Part shown: in pieces, positions 1 through 11,660 of the stretch
How positions within the stretch are numbered: the stretch's first letter is position 1
Layout of the letters: every line of letters starts with the position of its first letter
Assembly (NCBI GenBank): GCA_031835245.2
Contig: JAVKOQ020000054.1
Span: 124,001-188,000, forward strand
Length of the DNA stretch: 64,000 bases
Direction: 5' to 3'
From: Balamuthia mandrillaris
Lineage: Eukaryota
Notes under the pieces: model-generated
The model's database searches: none
Seen by the model: the letters and a program-made list of their open reading frames with translations, nothing else
Told to the model about the DNA's origin: nothing
Position numbers and translations under genes: made by a program

Positions 1-2679
1 ACAGAGAAAATATAAGCTTCTTCCTTGCTGCCTGCGAAGAATGGGGCGTTTCACGGTTCGACAGGTCAGTACAGCCACCTTGAGCCTTACTTGGGGAGAG
101 AAGGAAAGAAAAAGATAGAGTGAAAGAGAAAGAGAGCGAGAGCGAGGAGGGCTGGAGGGAAGGAGAGCCTCTTCATTGCCCTTTATAAGGCTTACATTAC
201 CCCTGACAACCATTTAAAGATTCAGGCTAGAAGACCTTTATGAAGATGAAAATTTTGGTGCCGTGGCGTAAGTGGACCTCTCCTCACACAGACATAACTT
301 TGATATCTAATACTGCTTCTCTCACTGGAAAATAGAAACTGTCTGGAAAGGATTGGGGCCAAGGCCCACCGTGAACATAACTTCATCTTTAGCATTGCTC
401 CAACGGAATATTACAAAACACTCGACCTAACATTTCCAAAAAGCAAAAAGCTTTGGATGACGCGCTGCTTGAGAAAAACCTTTTCGAAACGAAGAGCTAG
501 TTTGGCTGGCTTCAAAATTTCCTTCCCACCAGGGCTGGATTTGAAACCTAATGGCTTTGCTAGCATGCGAGGTTCAAGCCCTGCTCAGAATAGCTTTCGC
601 CATGCAGCATCTCCTTGTACATCTGGAGCAGCGGGTGCAGCCCATTCTCCTCAAACCGGACAGCGCCTTCTTAAATCGACGCTTCACAGTGATAAGCTCT
701 TAGTGGAAGTCGCCTCGCACGGTGCTAGCAATGATAGACGTTTCCCTCAACATTATGAGCTTGAAACTTCCATAAAACGTATTGTGAAGGTACAGTGCCT
801 ATGGCGGGGCAAGCTTGCACGCAAAGAGTACGCAAAGAAAGGTACGCCCGCAAAAAACTTCTCCGCATACGCATGAGCTCATGGAATCCAAACCCTCCAG
901 TTCGAAGGGCCGCCTACCGTGAAAAAGTAGCAAGAGAAATACTGAGCACTGAAAAGACTTACGTGGAAATCTTGTCTAGGCTCATATGTTACTACTTACA
1001 GCCCATTGAAAACTTCCACAAAACAACTCTTCGTTTCGAGGGCATTTTAACTTTGATGAAGAATGCACGCATCATCTTCAGCTTTAACAGCGACTTGCTG
1101 CAATCATTAGATCCCCGCATCCAGGCCTGGTATCCTTGCCAGCAATTGGGTGACATATTTGTCCACGTGGTACATATCTCGACCATTTCCTGTGGAGGGA
1201 CTAGTCATGCAGATGTGCTAACCTTCTTTCCACCCGATTTTCCAACTCTAATGTACTGCATTGGTGGAATGCACAACAGGCGCAGTACCTGCGGCTCTAC
1301 ACGCAGTACGTTCGCGATTATGGACAGGCCCTGAACGACCTTCGAAATGCTAGAAGAGAATCCCCTGAGTTTGCGGAATGGGAAGAGGTGGGTTTTCTCA
1401 TTATTTTGTTTATTGCTTACTGTGGTTTTTTTCCCTCAAGAGAGGTCACCATCTTATTTGAATTATGCCTACGGGGTGTGCCTGCTGCCCCCGATATTTT
1501 GTTGTAATAGGGTATTAAAAACTTGGAAGAGGTAAAGGGGCAAGCCTTAACCACGTTGTTAATACAGCCCATTCAAAGAATCCCGAGGTACCTTCTGCTC
1601 CTGCAAGAGCTGCAGAAGCATACGGAAGAAGACCATGCAGACCATCAAGCCCTTCTCGAAGCGTTGCGGCTGATAACGGAAGTAGCTGCATTCATCGAGA
1701 AAAAGGCGGATGAGTCAGAGAACATAAGCAAAATGATCAGCATTCAGAGCAGATTGCAGGGCAAATACGTAAGTTTTAATCCGTTTTAATCTGTCCGTGG
1801 CTCTGTCCGTTTGTCTTTGTTTATATTGTGTTTCTGCTATGCTCCTGTTTTGTTCGTGTTCTTTGTTAATATCTTGGGGATGCCAAAACAGAGCGTGATA
1901 CAACCAGACAGGAAGCTAATAAAGGAGGGCTACATGGAGGTGTGGTCTAGGCGGAGTCGGAAGCAAAAGAAAAGGGTCATGTTTTTGTTCAACGATATTC
2001 TTCTAGAGACCAAAATTGCTCGAAAGACGAGCAGGGTCCTAACTCCTGTCACTCACCGCACCTCCTCTTCCGCCTCTTCCTCATCCTCATCCACCTCGTC
2101 GCCCTCCACACCATCTTCCTCCTTCTCAACGCCTGGCGGCGGTGGCAGCAGTGGGGGAAGCGGAAGCAGCGGATCTGTTGCTCGGGTATCCATATCCGAT
2201 AACATAAACATGGCTCTTCTCCAATTTGTTGATAGCTATGTGCTAGAACGGTTGACCCCACATTCCCAGCCTGACTTTGGAGGTTGCTATTCCTTCTTTT
2301 ATTGGAACTTCTCCCGCTTCCTCCTTTCTTCCTCTCTCTCTCTCTCTCATGCTACTAACACAATTACATTGGGGTGGCTCACAATGTTTATCTGTGCCTA
2401 TAGGACGAGACAGCACAGAGCACTGCCTCGGCCTTCTTTCAGAGGATGGAGAGACCATACTTAGGATGTACGCCTCCTCCAAGCTTGTTAAACACGAATG
2501 GCTGAGGGAACTGCTTCTGGTCAAGCAACAGCTCGAAGAAACGAAAAAGCGCCGAAATGGTAAGAGTTGTTCCCGTTCCGTTGCAACCATTCTTTCGCTG
2601 TCTTGCTCTCTTGTTGAGGCTGATGTGTTCTCTGATATCCTCAGAGTTGATGCAAAGAAGCCAAAGCGCGGGCCTCTAA
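1..2679 (+). CDS. Multi-exon RhoGEF with CH (partial), IQ, DH and PH domains; 5' end lies upstream of the window
   Basis: CH C-terminal half TEKNISFFLAACEEWGVS..LEDLYEDENFGAVANCL (1-360); IQ-like IVKVQCLWRGKLARK; DH motifs REKVAREILSTEKTYV and [25 protein letters not shown] motifs RVMFLFNDILL and KHEWLREL; last exon ELMQRSQSAGL* via the CAG acceptor at 2644. Confidence 0.85.
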
Positions 2680-3060
2680 CTACACCAAACCAGGTGTTTA
2701 CCAGCTGTAGGTGGGCAAGTGGAGGCCTGTGTATACATGAATGAGAGAGGGCTTTTGAGGCAGAGGAAAGGAGAAGGCCAATACAAATCTACCTATCATG
2801 ATAATAATGCTGATTGCGGCCCTAAAAAATTATTAGGGGAGGGGAGGGGAGGGAGGGGAGGGGAGGGGAGACTTTGTCCAGACTTTATCGCAGGGGAAGG
2901 GGAAGGGGGCGAGCGAACCACAACAACCGCACCACCAAAGACAAAAGAAAGGCACACCCTTGCCAACCAACGCCAGATAGGGAAGGGGAGTTGCTGCTGC
3001 TGCTGCTGACAGTGCGGGGTGGCTGCACCACCAGGCGATAGAACCCTGTTGGCCAACAAC

Positions 3061-6000
3061 ATGGAAGAAGAAGAAGAGGAGCTAACACACCCACTCTCTC
3101 CTCCACAGGAAGCAGTGGCAGAGGAGGAGGAGGAAGAGGAGGAGGAGGACGGCTACACAGAGGAGGAGGAAGAGGAAGATAACCTGTTGGGAGGGGAGTT
3201 CCTGCAAGAGTCTCCAGAATTTGATTTCCTGGGGGCCTTTCGCCAAACGTTACACCAACTAAGTACGTAGCGCTGATGTGGGTGCTTGCCTTTTTGTTCC
3301 ATAATAAAACTAACTCCAGTGGGGGGTACTTCACCAGAACTAGACAAAGGAGAGAGTGGCGAGAAGGGGCAGTGTTCGTCATGGCAGGCGGAGCAGCTAC
3401 AACAACTGGAAGAGGTCTTTCAATGCGTGGAACAGAGAGAACATGATTTTAGAACGGCTGCTGAGATCGGCCAGATGCTTGTTGAAAAGAATCAACAATT
3501 GATGCTGGAGGTTGAGAGGCTAGACAGTGAGTGGGAGCAAAAGGTATTTTATTCTCCTCTTCTCTGCTTGCTGCTTCTCTTCCTTGTTGCTGCTGCCCAA
3601 CTTGCCATTGAATTGAATTCCCGCGTTATGTGATAGTTGAGAGAGCAGCAGGAGAGTACAGAAGACCTTCTAGATAGCTTGGAGGAGCTGGAAGCTGAAA
3701 ACCAGCACCTAAAGGCTCTCTTTGCGGAGGCAGAGGACACAGCAGATGAGCTGCGCTTGGTTTGCTTCTCTCTTCGTTTGCAAAATTCTTTTATCACCGC
3801 TTCCAACCGGTTAAGCAGAATTACTAATGTAGCGTCTGGTGACTGCTTTCTTCCCCCTGCTGTTGTGGTAGAAAGTGGAATTGCTGCAGAACGAGAAGCA
3901 AATGGCAGCTGAAACGCAGATGAACTACTCCGAGTCTGTCGACGAGTTAAAAGAGCGTATACGCGCCTTGAAACTTGAAGCTAAGGTCAATTCTGCTTAC
4001 AAAGAGAAGACAAGACAGCTTCTTAAAGAGGTATATAGCATCTTGGACAGATATACGTAACTTAAGCTTATCCATCCCGTGTTCGCAAAATACCAATAGG
4101 TTGAAAGCTTAAAGAAAGACTTAGAAGAAGAAAGAAAGGTCAGCACCAACCTTGCCAAACAAAAAGCAGCATTACATAAAGACCTCGTTGTGCTAAAAGA
4201 GACAGCCAGTACGGACCAGATGCTGGAAGAGAAAGTCAAGTTATTAGAAGAGGAACTCAAATCTGCAAAAGCTTTGAAGCAAACTAACCAAATACTATTG
4301 GCCAAAGTCAAGCAGGTTGCTGCCACGCCCTCCTCTAATTCCTTTTATCTAACATGCACATTTTTTTATTTGGTTCATAGATTAAAAAAGAGAAAGAAGA
4401 GCTCGACAACCTCATGAAAGAAAACGAAAATCTGACAGAAGCTGTTAACTCGTTGATGAAAGCCAACAAACATTTCCGACAACAACAAGAAGAGGACAAG
4501 GCCCTCCTTGAAGAAGCTAACAATAAAATCAAGGACTTACTCAGGACACTGGAGGAGTATGTATTTCATTACCTCATTCTCTAGCCTTTGCACTATTTTG
4601 TTTATGGTGTATATTATGGCGTTTAGTGCGGTTTTGTTGACTGAACTTTGTGTTTTCTGCAGGCAGCGAGCCTATCAGGGAGAACGCCTCCCTCTAGCAC
4701 AGGTTAGCAATGTTCCCAACCTTCTGCTTTGCCTTATTTTACTCATACCGCTTATGTAGTCGGTTTCTCTTTTCGAGGAACTAGAGAAACGAGTAACCAG
4801 CATGTTAACCTTGGCCTCAGCCAAGCCTATTGCAGCTGACAAGGGGGAGGGAGGGCCCCCTTCCGGTGATTCTCATGAAGCTCTTCGCATCATTCTCGAC
4901 GCCGAAGTTCAAAGAAGGGTGGAAGCCATCCTCGCCGCTCACCAAAAAAAGGATACTGTTCGTAATGGCAGCATCGATGAGAGCAGAGTTTTCCCAGAGC
5001 AAGAATCAGCGACAGGAGTTGCTCCATCAGCTGACAGCTACCATCAGAAACATGACCATAATCAGAACACGCCGAACCCACCCCCAACGTATGCGGTTCG
5101 CAGCGGTAGCAGTCGTTCCTGGAAAAGGCGGAGTGTGGTGATGGAGCCAGCAGCCTCGCTTACCCGTGAGGAGAGGAAAAGACGATGGGACATCAGGAGA
5201 CAAAGTTTGCAAGTCCCACTGCCGCAACCATTTGCCACTAGCGTACTTAGTGGCAACGGGATAGGCAACCAAGCAGTACCAACTTCATCAGCCCTTACTC
5301 CGTCCTCTCTCAGCAGTAACAACAAACGAAGTCGTGTTTCTAGGACCATATTCCGACCGTCTTTCGAAGAGAAAAGTAAGCTACTAGACCAACAGCCATG
5401 TTCGCCACAATCACCGGAACTAGTCGCCACGCAGTACGAGGAACCAAATGTTAAGCCACAGCCCCGCCAGATAAATCAGACTATTCCGCTTTCAGGAACC
5501 AACAGTGAAATCTTGCAAGGCGAGAGCTACATAAAAAACGAAGATACAGTGCAAGGTACCTCCTCTGATGTACCCAAAAGGACGCGATCCATTTCTGTGC
5601 CTCCTCAACTAGCTGGCACCGAAGACAGCAAACAACATCAACCAAAACAAGCTCCAGCCCCACGAAACATTACGGCAATCACTGCTACACCTTCTCCTGT
5701 TCTTATCTTCCAAAGAATAGCAAAGATAGAAAACTTGGACATATCGTCTCCAGACCTTCTTAGGCGAGATACACCTTCTAATCGGAATGACGCTCATCCT
5801 AGACGAACACGACACCTCTCCATGTTGTTCCAAGGACCTCCAAATGCACACTTATTTCAAACTTCCAAAGCACTCCCAAGTTCTCCTCTTTCTTCTGCTC
5901 AGAGGTTCAGCGAATCGTCGGCTGAGGACCACCCCACTTCTTCTTCTTCAGCATTGCCAGACTCTGCCCCCACTACCCCACAAACTTACCCTTGTGTTGC

Positions 6001-7258
6001 TGGGCCTTCTTCCTCTGCCTTTGGTTTGTCTCCCCCCTCCTCATCTCGGAGCCCTTCCCCTCCACTATCTTCATTTACCCCACTCCATCCCTCACCGCCC
6101 CAACGCCACTATCCACCACTTTTGGAGCTACATGACCCTCGGCAGGACGAAACTAAGAAAAAGCAGCTGCAAATACTATCCTCTGCCTTCCTCTTGGAGT
6201 GTTACCTACACAAACTAGAGTTGCTTTGCATGCATGGCGCAGACTCCGAATTCCACCACCAAGCATCTGCTTTCAATCAAGCAATAATGGAAGGCCAACC
6301 TCAACGACAAAGCTTTTTGAAAGTAGTTTCTAGTCATACTGCACAACACGTGGAGCTGTGTTTGGGGCTTGCGCGTGCAACCTTTGAGGGCGAGCCTCTC
6401 ACAGAGATTGTCAACGAGGTTGATCTACTTCATCCACTCTGCACTCCGCTTGGCATGGAAAATGCCCTTCAAGCATCTCCCAACAATCCTTCCGTTGTAA
6501 TTCAAACTTGGAGTACCACAAACCAACACCTCATGACCATGCTTTTGCCTCAGCTTTCATTGCCCGTAGAACCTCCTGCCACACTTCAGGTGGTCAGGAA
6601 TCAATCTCTGTTGGTAGAAAACGAATACCAAGAAGAACCAAAGATAGAGCAAGATGATGAGAAAGGACAAGAAAGCGAAAAAGAAAGAAGAGAAGAGCCT
6701 AAACCAGGACAACGAGAAAAGGATGAGCAAAAAACGATAGAACAAAAAGCAAACAAGGAAGGTAAAGAAAAAGATGTGATCAAGATCCCCTTGCAAGATA
6801 GAAACAGAGAAGCTACACAAGAGCAGCTACTACGCCACTGGGAACAAGAAGAAAAGAAGCACATCAAACTGATCACCAAGTTGCGAGAAAAGCTTAACGA
6901 TGCAAATCTGGCCATTATGAACAAAACTATGCAAAGTGTGCTTTCTTTTTCGGAGCTGGTACAGCTTAGTAATGCCCTTATCAACAGCATTCTCAAGGAA
7001 GCTAAACGACTCTTCAAGTTGCCAGGCCTTCGTAATCCTTCCTTGGTGTGCTTGAGCATTGATCTGCTGATGGAAGTGGGACTGCTCATGCTACGCTGCA
7101 ATGATTTCAGTGAAGCCATCAATCAACCAACTCTAGACAAACTTGCTGCCTTTCAGCAACGGTTTGCTCAGGATGACAAGGAACAAATGGACTCTAAGCA
7201 AACTGAAGGTCGCTCCAAGCTCAGTCTTTTTATATCGTCAGTCTTTGGCAATAAGTAG
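3061..7258 (+). CDS. Multi-exon long coiled-coil protein; candidate BICD/HAP1/Spindly-type dynein cargo adaptor with a disordered middle and helical C-terminus
   Basis: Acidic N-terminus; DFRTAAEIGQMLVEKN (CC1 box, 3457-3471); several coiled-coil exons; SVSLFEELEKR (from 4760) in frame with the 818-aa ORF 4802-7258. Confidence 0.7.
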
Positions 7259-7358
7259 TATTTAAACCTGTAAGTAATAAATAATACCTGCCTATTCGCC
7301 TTGCCTATATCGCTCTATCTTTCTTTTTCCCTCTCTTCTCTTGCTTGGGTTTTTGGCG

Positions 7359-7401
<43 letters not shown>

Positions 7402-7765
7402 CCGGAAAATGAGGACATCGGCCGATATCTGGTCGGCTGACAACGGCTGATATGGTTTCTGACAAGTTTGATGTCAGAAAACAGATATGAGCAGACCTCC
7501 TTTGATATCAAGGAAACTGCTCCATATGGTAAGCAGACGACCTTTCTTCTGTTTACCATTTGTGTGTGGTGTTGGTAAAAAAAGTCGAAAAATAAAAGTA
7601 TGCCTGTGCACCCCGTTTCATCCTGCCGGTTAAAGGTGGCACCTTTACAAGCAAAAGAAAGATTTTTTGTTCGGTTTGTGCACGAACTCAGCACACGAAG
7701 CTCTCTTGTCCACAAAAAATAGTTACGGAGAAGAGGCTGCTCTTAGCAGAGAAACCCGCATAAAA

Positions 7766-7878
7766 CTGTAGCACCGCAGGAGAAGACAAAACCAAGATAA
7801 CACATCACGTGTTCCCCTTTGTCTCAGTGGGAAAATACACGACCCCTCAATACTTGTGTCCATCCTGCGGCACTACAG
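7766..7878. mobile_element. 113-bp MITE-like element, copy 1
   Basis: Imperfect 16-bp terminal inverted repeats ctgtagcaccgcagga / tcctgcggcactacag; body aligns to 38036-38151. Confidence 0.6.
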
Positions 7879-8188
7879 CAGAAAACAGCGTCTTAAGCAT
7901 AATATCAGGACGACACGATACTGGACTGATATCCATCCAACATCAGCCAGTTATTGATATCAGAACGATATCCTCATACCTCTGCTGACCTCCAACTATA
8001 TCAATCGACGTCATGGATTTCCGGTGGTGTCCTTCTCACGTGGACTTAACAGCCGGATGTCTAAACATGGTTTATGGCCAACAAACGAACAAATAGTACA
8101 AGTACGACAAGAAAAGAGCAAAAAAGCCATGATTGGTGGAGATGAAGGTGTGGTGTTAGTGCTTCTGGTGTTGGTTGCTCCAATCCCT

Positions 8189-8283
8189 CTATTTTCTGTT
8201 GGCCTTTTTGAGCGTGACGAGAATCTCTTTGAAGGTTGGTCTGTTTGCCATAAAACCATTGAGCAAGAACGGGAAAGCGCGTA

Positions 8284-8314
<31 letters not shown>

Positions 8315-11286
8315 CCTTTCTGCTGGGTTCACTTTAAAACAGGAGGTGATAACATGCTGCAAGACCGGTGGGGCATCCTCAGGAATGGCCAACGTTTGTC
8401 CTAGGGACAAAATGAGGAGAGAGTTAACCCGGTAGGCCATCAAGCTGGTTGTGAACCGTACGTACCCTCTTCAACAAGGGCAAGAACAGCTTCTTGAGGA
8501 GACAACTCGGGGTGGGGTTCAGTCCCTTTGGTCAGCATTTCCCACAAACACACGCCGTAGCCTGGGGCAATTGCAAGCACAGTCAGAGGAAGAGGCGGGG
8601 GAGGGAGGGAGGGATGGGCATCCATGCATGTGATGGTGTTCAAAATGAAAACCATCACATCACAACGCAAAAAAAACTTGCTCCCCCCAAAACAAAGGAG
8701 AAGGAAGAAAGAAGAACAAAAGACAAAAAGGGTGGGGAGGGGGGTGGGGGGTTTAAACACGCACTCCACACATCAGTCTTTTCAGAGTATTGGCGCTCAG
8801 TGAAACATTCAGGGGCCATCCACTTGAGCGGGCCTAGCTCAGTGGAGGAAGAGCCAGAAGACTCCGCCTCGTCTTCCAAGCCCTTCTTTGCCAGGCCAAA
8901 GTCTGTTTCGAGGAGGGTGCTTGGTTAACAACAGCTGGTGCCCAAGGTTCGTAACAGGGAGGGAAGTGCACATAACACACCCGAAACTTTGATGACCAAG
9001 TTGGCTGTTAGTAGGAGATTTCTTGCTGCAAGATCGCGATGAACAATGCCTTCTTGGTGAAGGTGGTGCATTCCGGCAGCTATCTCTTTGGCCCAGCGAA
9101 TGAGGGTGGCTTCGTCCTCTGCCAACTCTTCTCCTTCCTTTGAGCGCAAGAAGGAGGCCAGATCGCCTTTGCCCATGAACTCGGTCACGCAGTACAGGTT
9201 AGTTTCGTTGGAAGCGACTCCACGCAGTTGCAGCACGTTTGCGTGTGGACGCAGATTTCTAGTAATATTGCAACCACGGTTTAGAACAGGCAGTGCCGCG
9301 GGATGGACAAGAGGTAGCTTACTTCATTATCTGTATTTCTGATTTGAAATCCTCCATCTCGGCGCCCGTTGTGATGCCCAGCACCTGCTTGATGGCCACG
9401 GGGCTTTCTCTCCAAGTTCCTTTCCACACAATGCCAAAGGCGCTGTGCCAAGTACCCAGCTAAGCAAAGAGAGGAGCAAAGAGAGAGGTGCGGAAAGCTT
9501 ACCCTCTTCCAAGCTCATTGCCAAAGTCTAACTCTTCAAAAGGAATTTCCCAAGAGAACTTCACCTCCTTCTTGTCCCTCTTGCCTGATTTTTTGGATGT
9601 GCCACGCTTCATCGTGTACTCCACAGGACCTGTTTCCACATCGGCAATTGCGTCCCTGCCGGAAGCATGCTTCTTTCTGTAAATAATCACGGCCGCAATG
9701 GCGATAACCACTAGCAGCAGCAAACAGAACAAACCAACACCGAGTCCAACGCCCAATCCTACAGCATTGGAGTCTCTGTCCTCTTCTTCTGCTCTGGTTT
9801 GCTCTTCAGCTTGCAGCTGATAAAGGGTGCTACCGGTTTCGTCCAGACAGAGGATAGAGGACCAGGACGGCAATGCTAAGGTAAAGACTTTTGAGCTGTG
9901 AGGAGCAAGATCCGTCAAGCACTCCACTGTTGCTCCGGTACTGTTGTCAACTGCTGAGGAGAGCCAGCATTCTGCAGGTAGGGTTAGCTGGGCGGTGCTT
10001 TGAGAAGCCGGAAGAGACCAAGAGCATCCTGTCTTAAGAGAAGAACTCTTTCCGCCGTTTGAAAGTTCAACTCGCCACGACGTCTCTTCCATCACTTGCC
10101 GTCTTGTTTCCTTTGCTTCTGCAGACACTTCTAATTTGTGAGACCAACCACGTTAACGAGAAGCAACATCCATGGCGGTGGGAAGGAAAGGCTACATGCC
10201 TGTAACAGTTACGTTAACTTGAATGTCTAGCTCCCCCATAGGAACAACATATTGCAAGTGCTGGTCAACCGCCTCAAAGCGCACTGTACAATTCTCCACA
10301 GAGATGGTGAGATTACCCCTTGCCCATGGATTAGTTCTTAGAGAAGCTGAAGAAAACAAAGAAGCTTCGGTCAAGTTGGTCAGCCATGGTGTCTTTGTCA
10401 GTTGTCATCTCGTCGTCCCATCTACATACCATTCTCTTGTGGCTGAAGCAAATGCGCCACATTGCCACAACGAAGGGTGTTATCTTTCACGGTCGAACAG
10501 GAACTGTTGCCAGCCTCCGTTACCTCGATCCAAGAGGCAGCCTCTTCGGGATGAATTACAACGTCGCAAGTCACTTCCTTTGCGTTGGAGGGTCCTTCGT
10601 TAGTGATCTGGCCATCACTAATGGAAAGTATAGTATCTCCGGGAGTATATTTTGTAGCTTCTTTCACCCCAGCCTGCACCGTTCCTTGAAGATAGGAGAG
10701 GGGCGGCGCGATCTCCAACGTTAAATATTCCTCGTCTTGCAGGCACTGCACGTTCAGGAACATTCCACCAATAACTGAGAGAAGCCAAGGGTTACTGTGG
10801 GGCAACACTGAAGGAAAAATGAGAAGAGATACTTACTGACGAGTCTAGCCCCATTGAAGTCATACGTCATGTTCAAGGACTCTTCCTCGAAAGAAGGGTC
10901 CAACATCCAGTCAAGGTAGACCATGGACTTATTAAATCCTCCAGCGGCTGCTGAACAATAAACGGCTTGGTACTGGTTGGTACCCGGCTCACAGCTCCAC
11001 AGGGGATCTGACTGGTTTGCTATGTAGTGGAGGGTTAATTTTGGGTTGTGAAGGACGCGAGAAGGGTCACACCATAGTACAGGTAGGTCATATTGTTTGG
11101 AACCCACCACAACCAAACTTCTTCGCAGGCTGAAGTAACGGATTGTATGGTTGAGAAGACCTGACCAGGGCGAATGCCATCTGCCGGGTCGGTCACCACA
11201 TAGTCAAAGTAGGACAGAGCAAAGCTCTGCCCAGCGATCAACAATAGAAAGTAAACAGCTGCAGCTGACACCGGTGACCACATCAT
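8189..11286 (-). CDS. Single-pass receptor tyrosine-kinase-like protein 1
   Basis: Signal peptide MMWSPVSAAAVYFLLLIAGQSFA; Cys-containing beta-rich ectodomain; TM AVGLGVGLGVGLFCLLLLVVIAIAAVIIY; kinase motifs WEIPFEELDFGNELGRG, HRDLAARNLL, DFGL, GPLKWMAPE, RPTFKEIL. Confidence 0.9.
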
Positions 11287-11660
11287 GATGTGTTGCGCTA
11301 TGGAAGGTATTATAACGACACGCTTGATGGCTTGGTTTTGACGGTGAAACGAAAGAGGGAAATGCAGTGAAGTGGAGCAGAGAACTCGCCATGTTCTCAG
11401 CGGACCACTTTTATTTCCAATTTAAATGAGGGCACAGCGATTGGTTGCTCTGGGTTTAATACCAATGGTAGGAGGGTTGCTCATTGGTGCTTCTAAAGTT
11501 ACTGCATTATTACGTCGCACATTTCTTGGTTTTTGGAAAGCAGATGATAACAACGAGCATGGAAAGAAAGGAAAAAGTCCAAAGGCGTTTTGCTTCTCAT
11601 GTTTGTTTTAAAAGTAAGTCTATGTTAAGAGAAGTTGTGAGGTAAATCAAAGGGAGAAAA

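Noticed and set aside
2559..3061. Fusion of the RhoGEF to the coiled-coil adaptor gene via a 2693-3013 splice
   Set aside because: It needs a weak GAG acceptor at 2646. The better CAG acceptor at 2644 ends the GEF at a stop at 2679.
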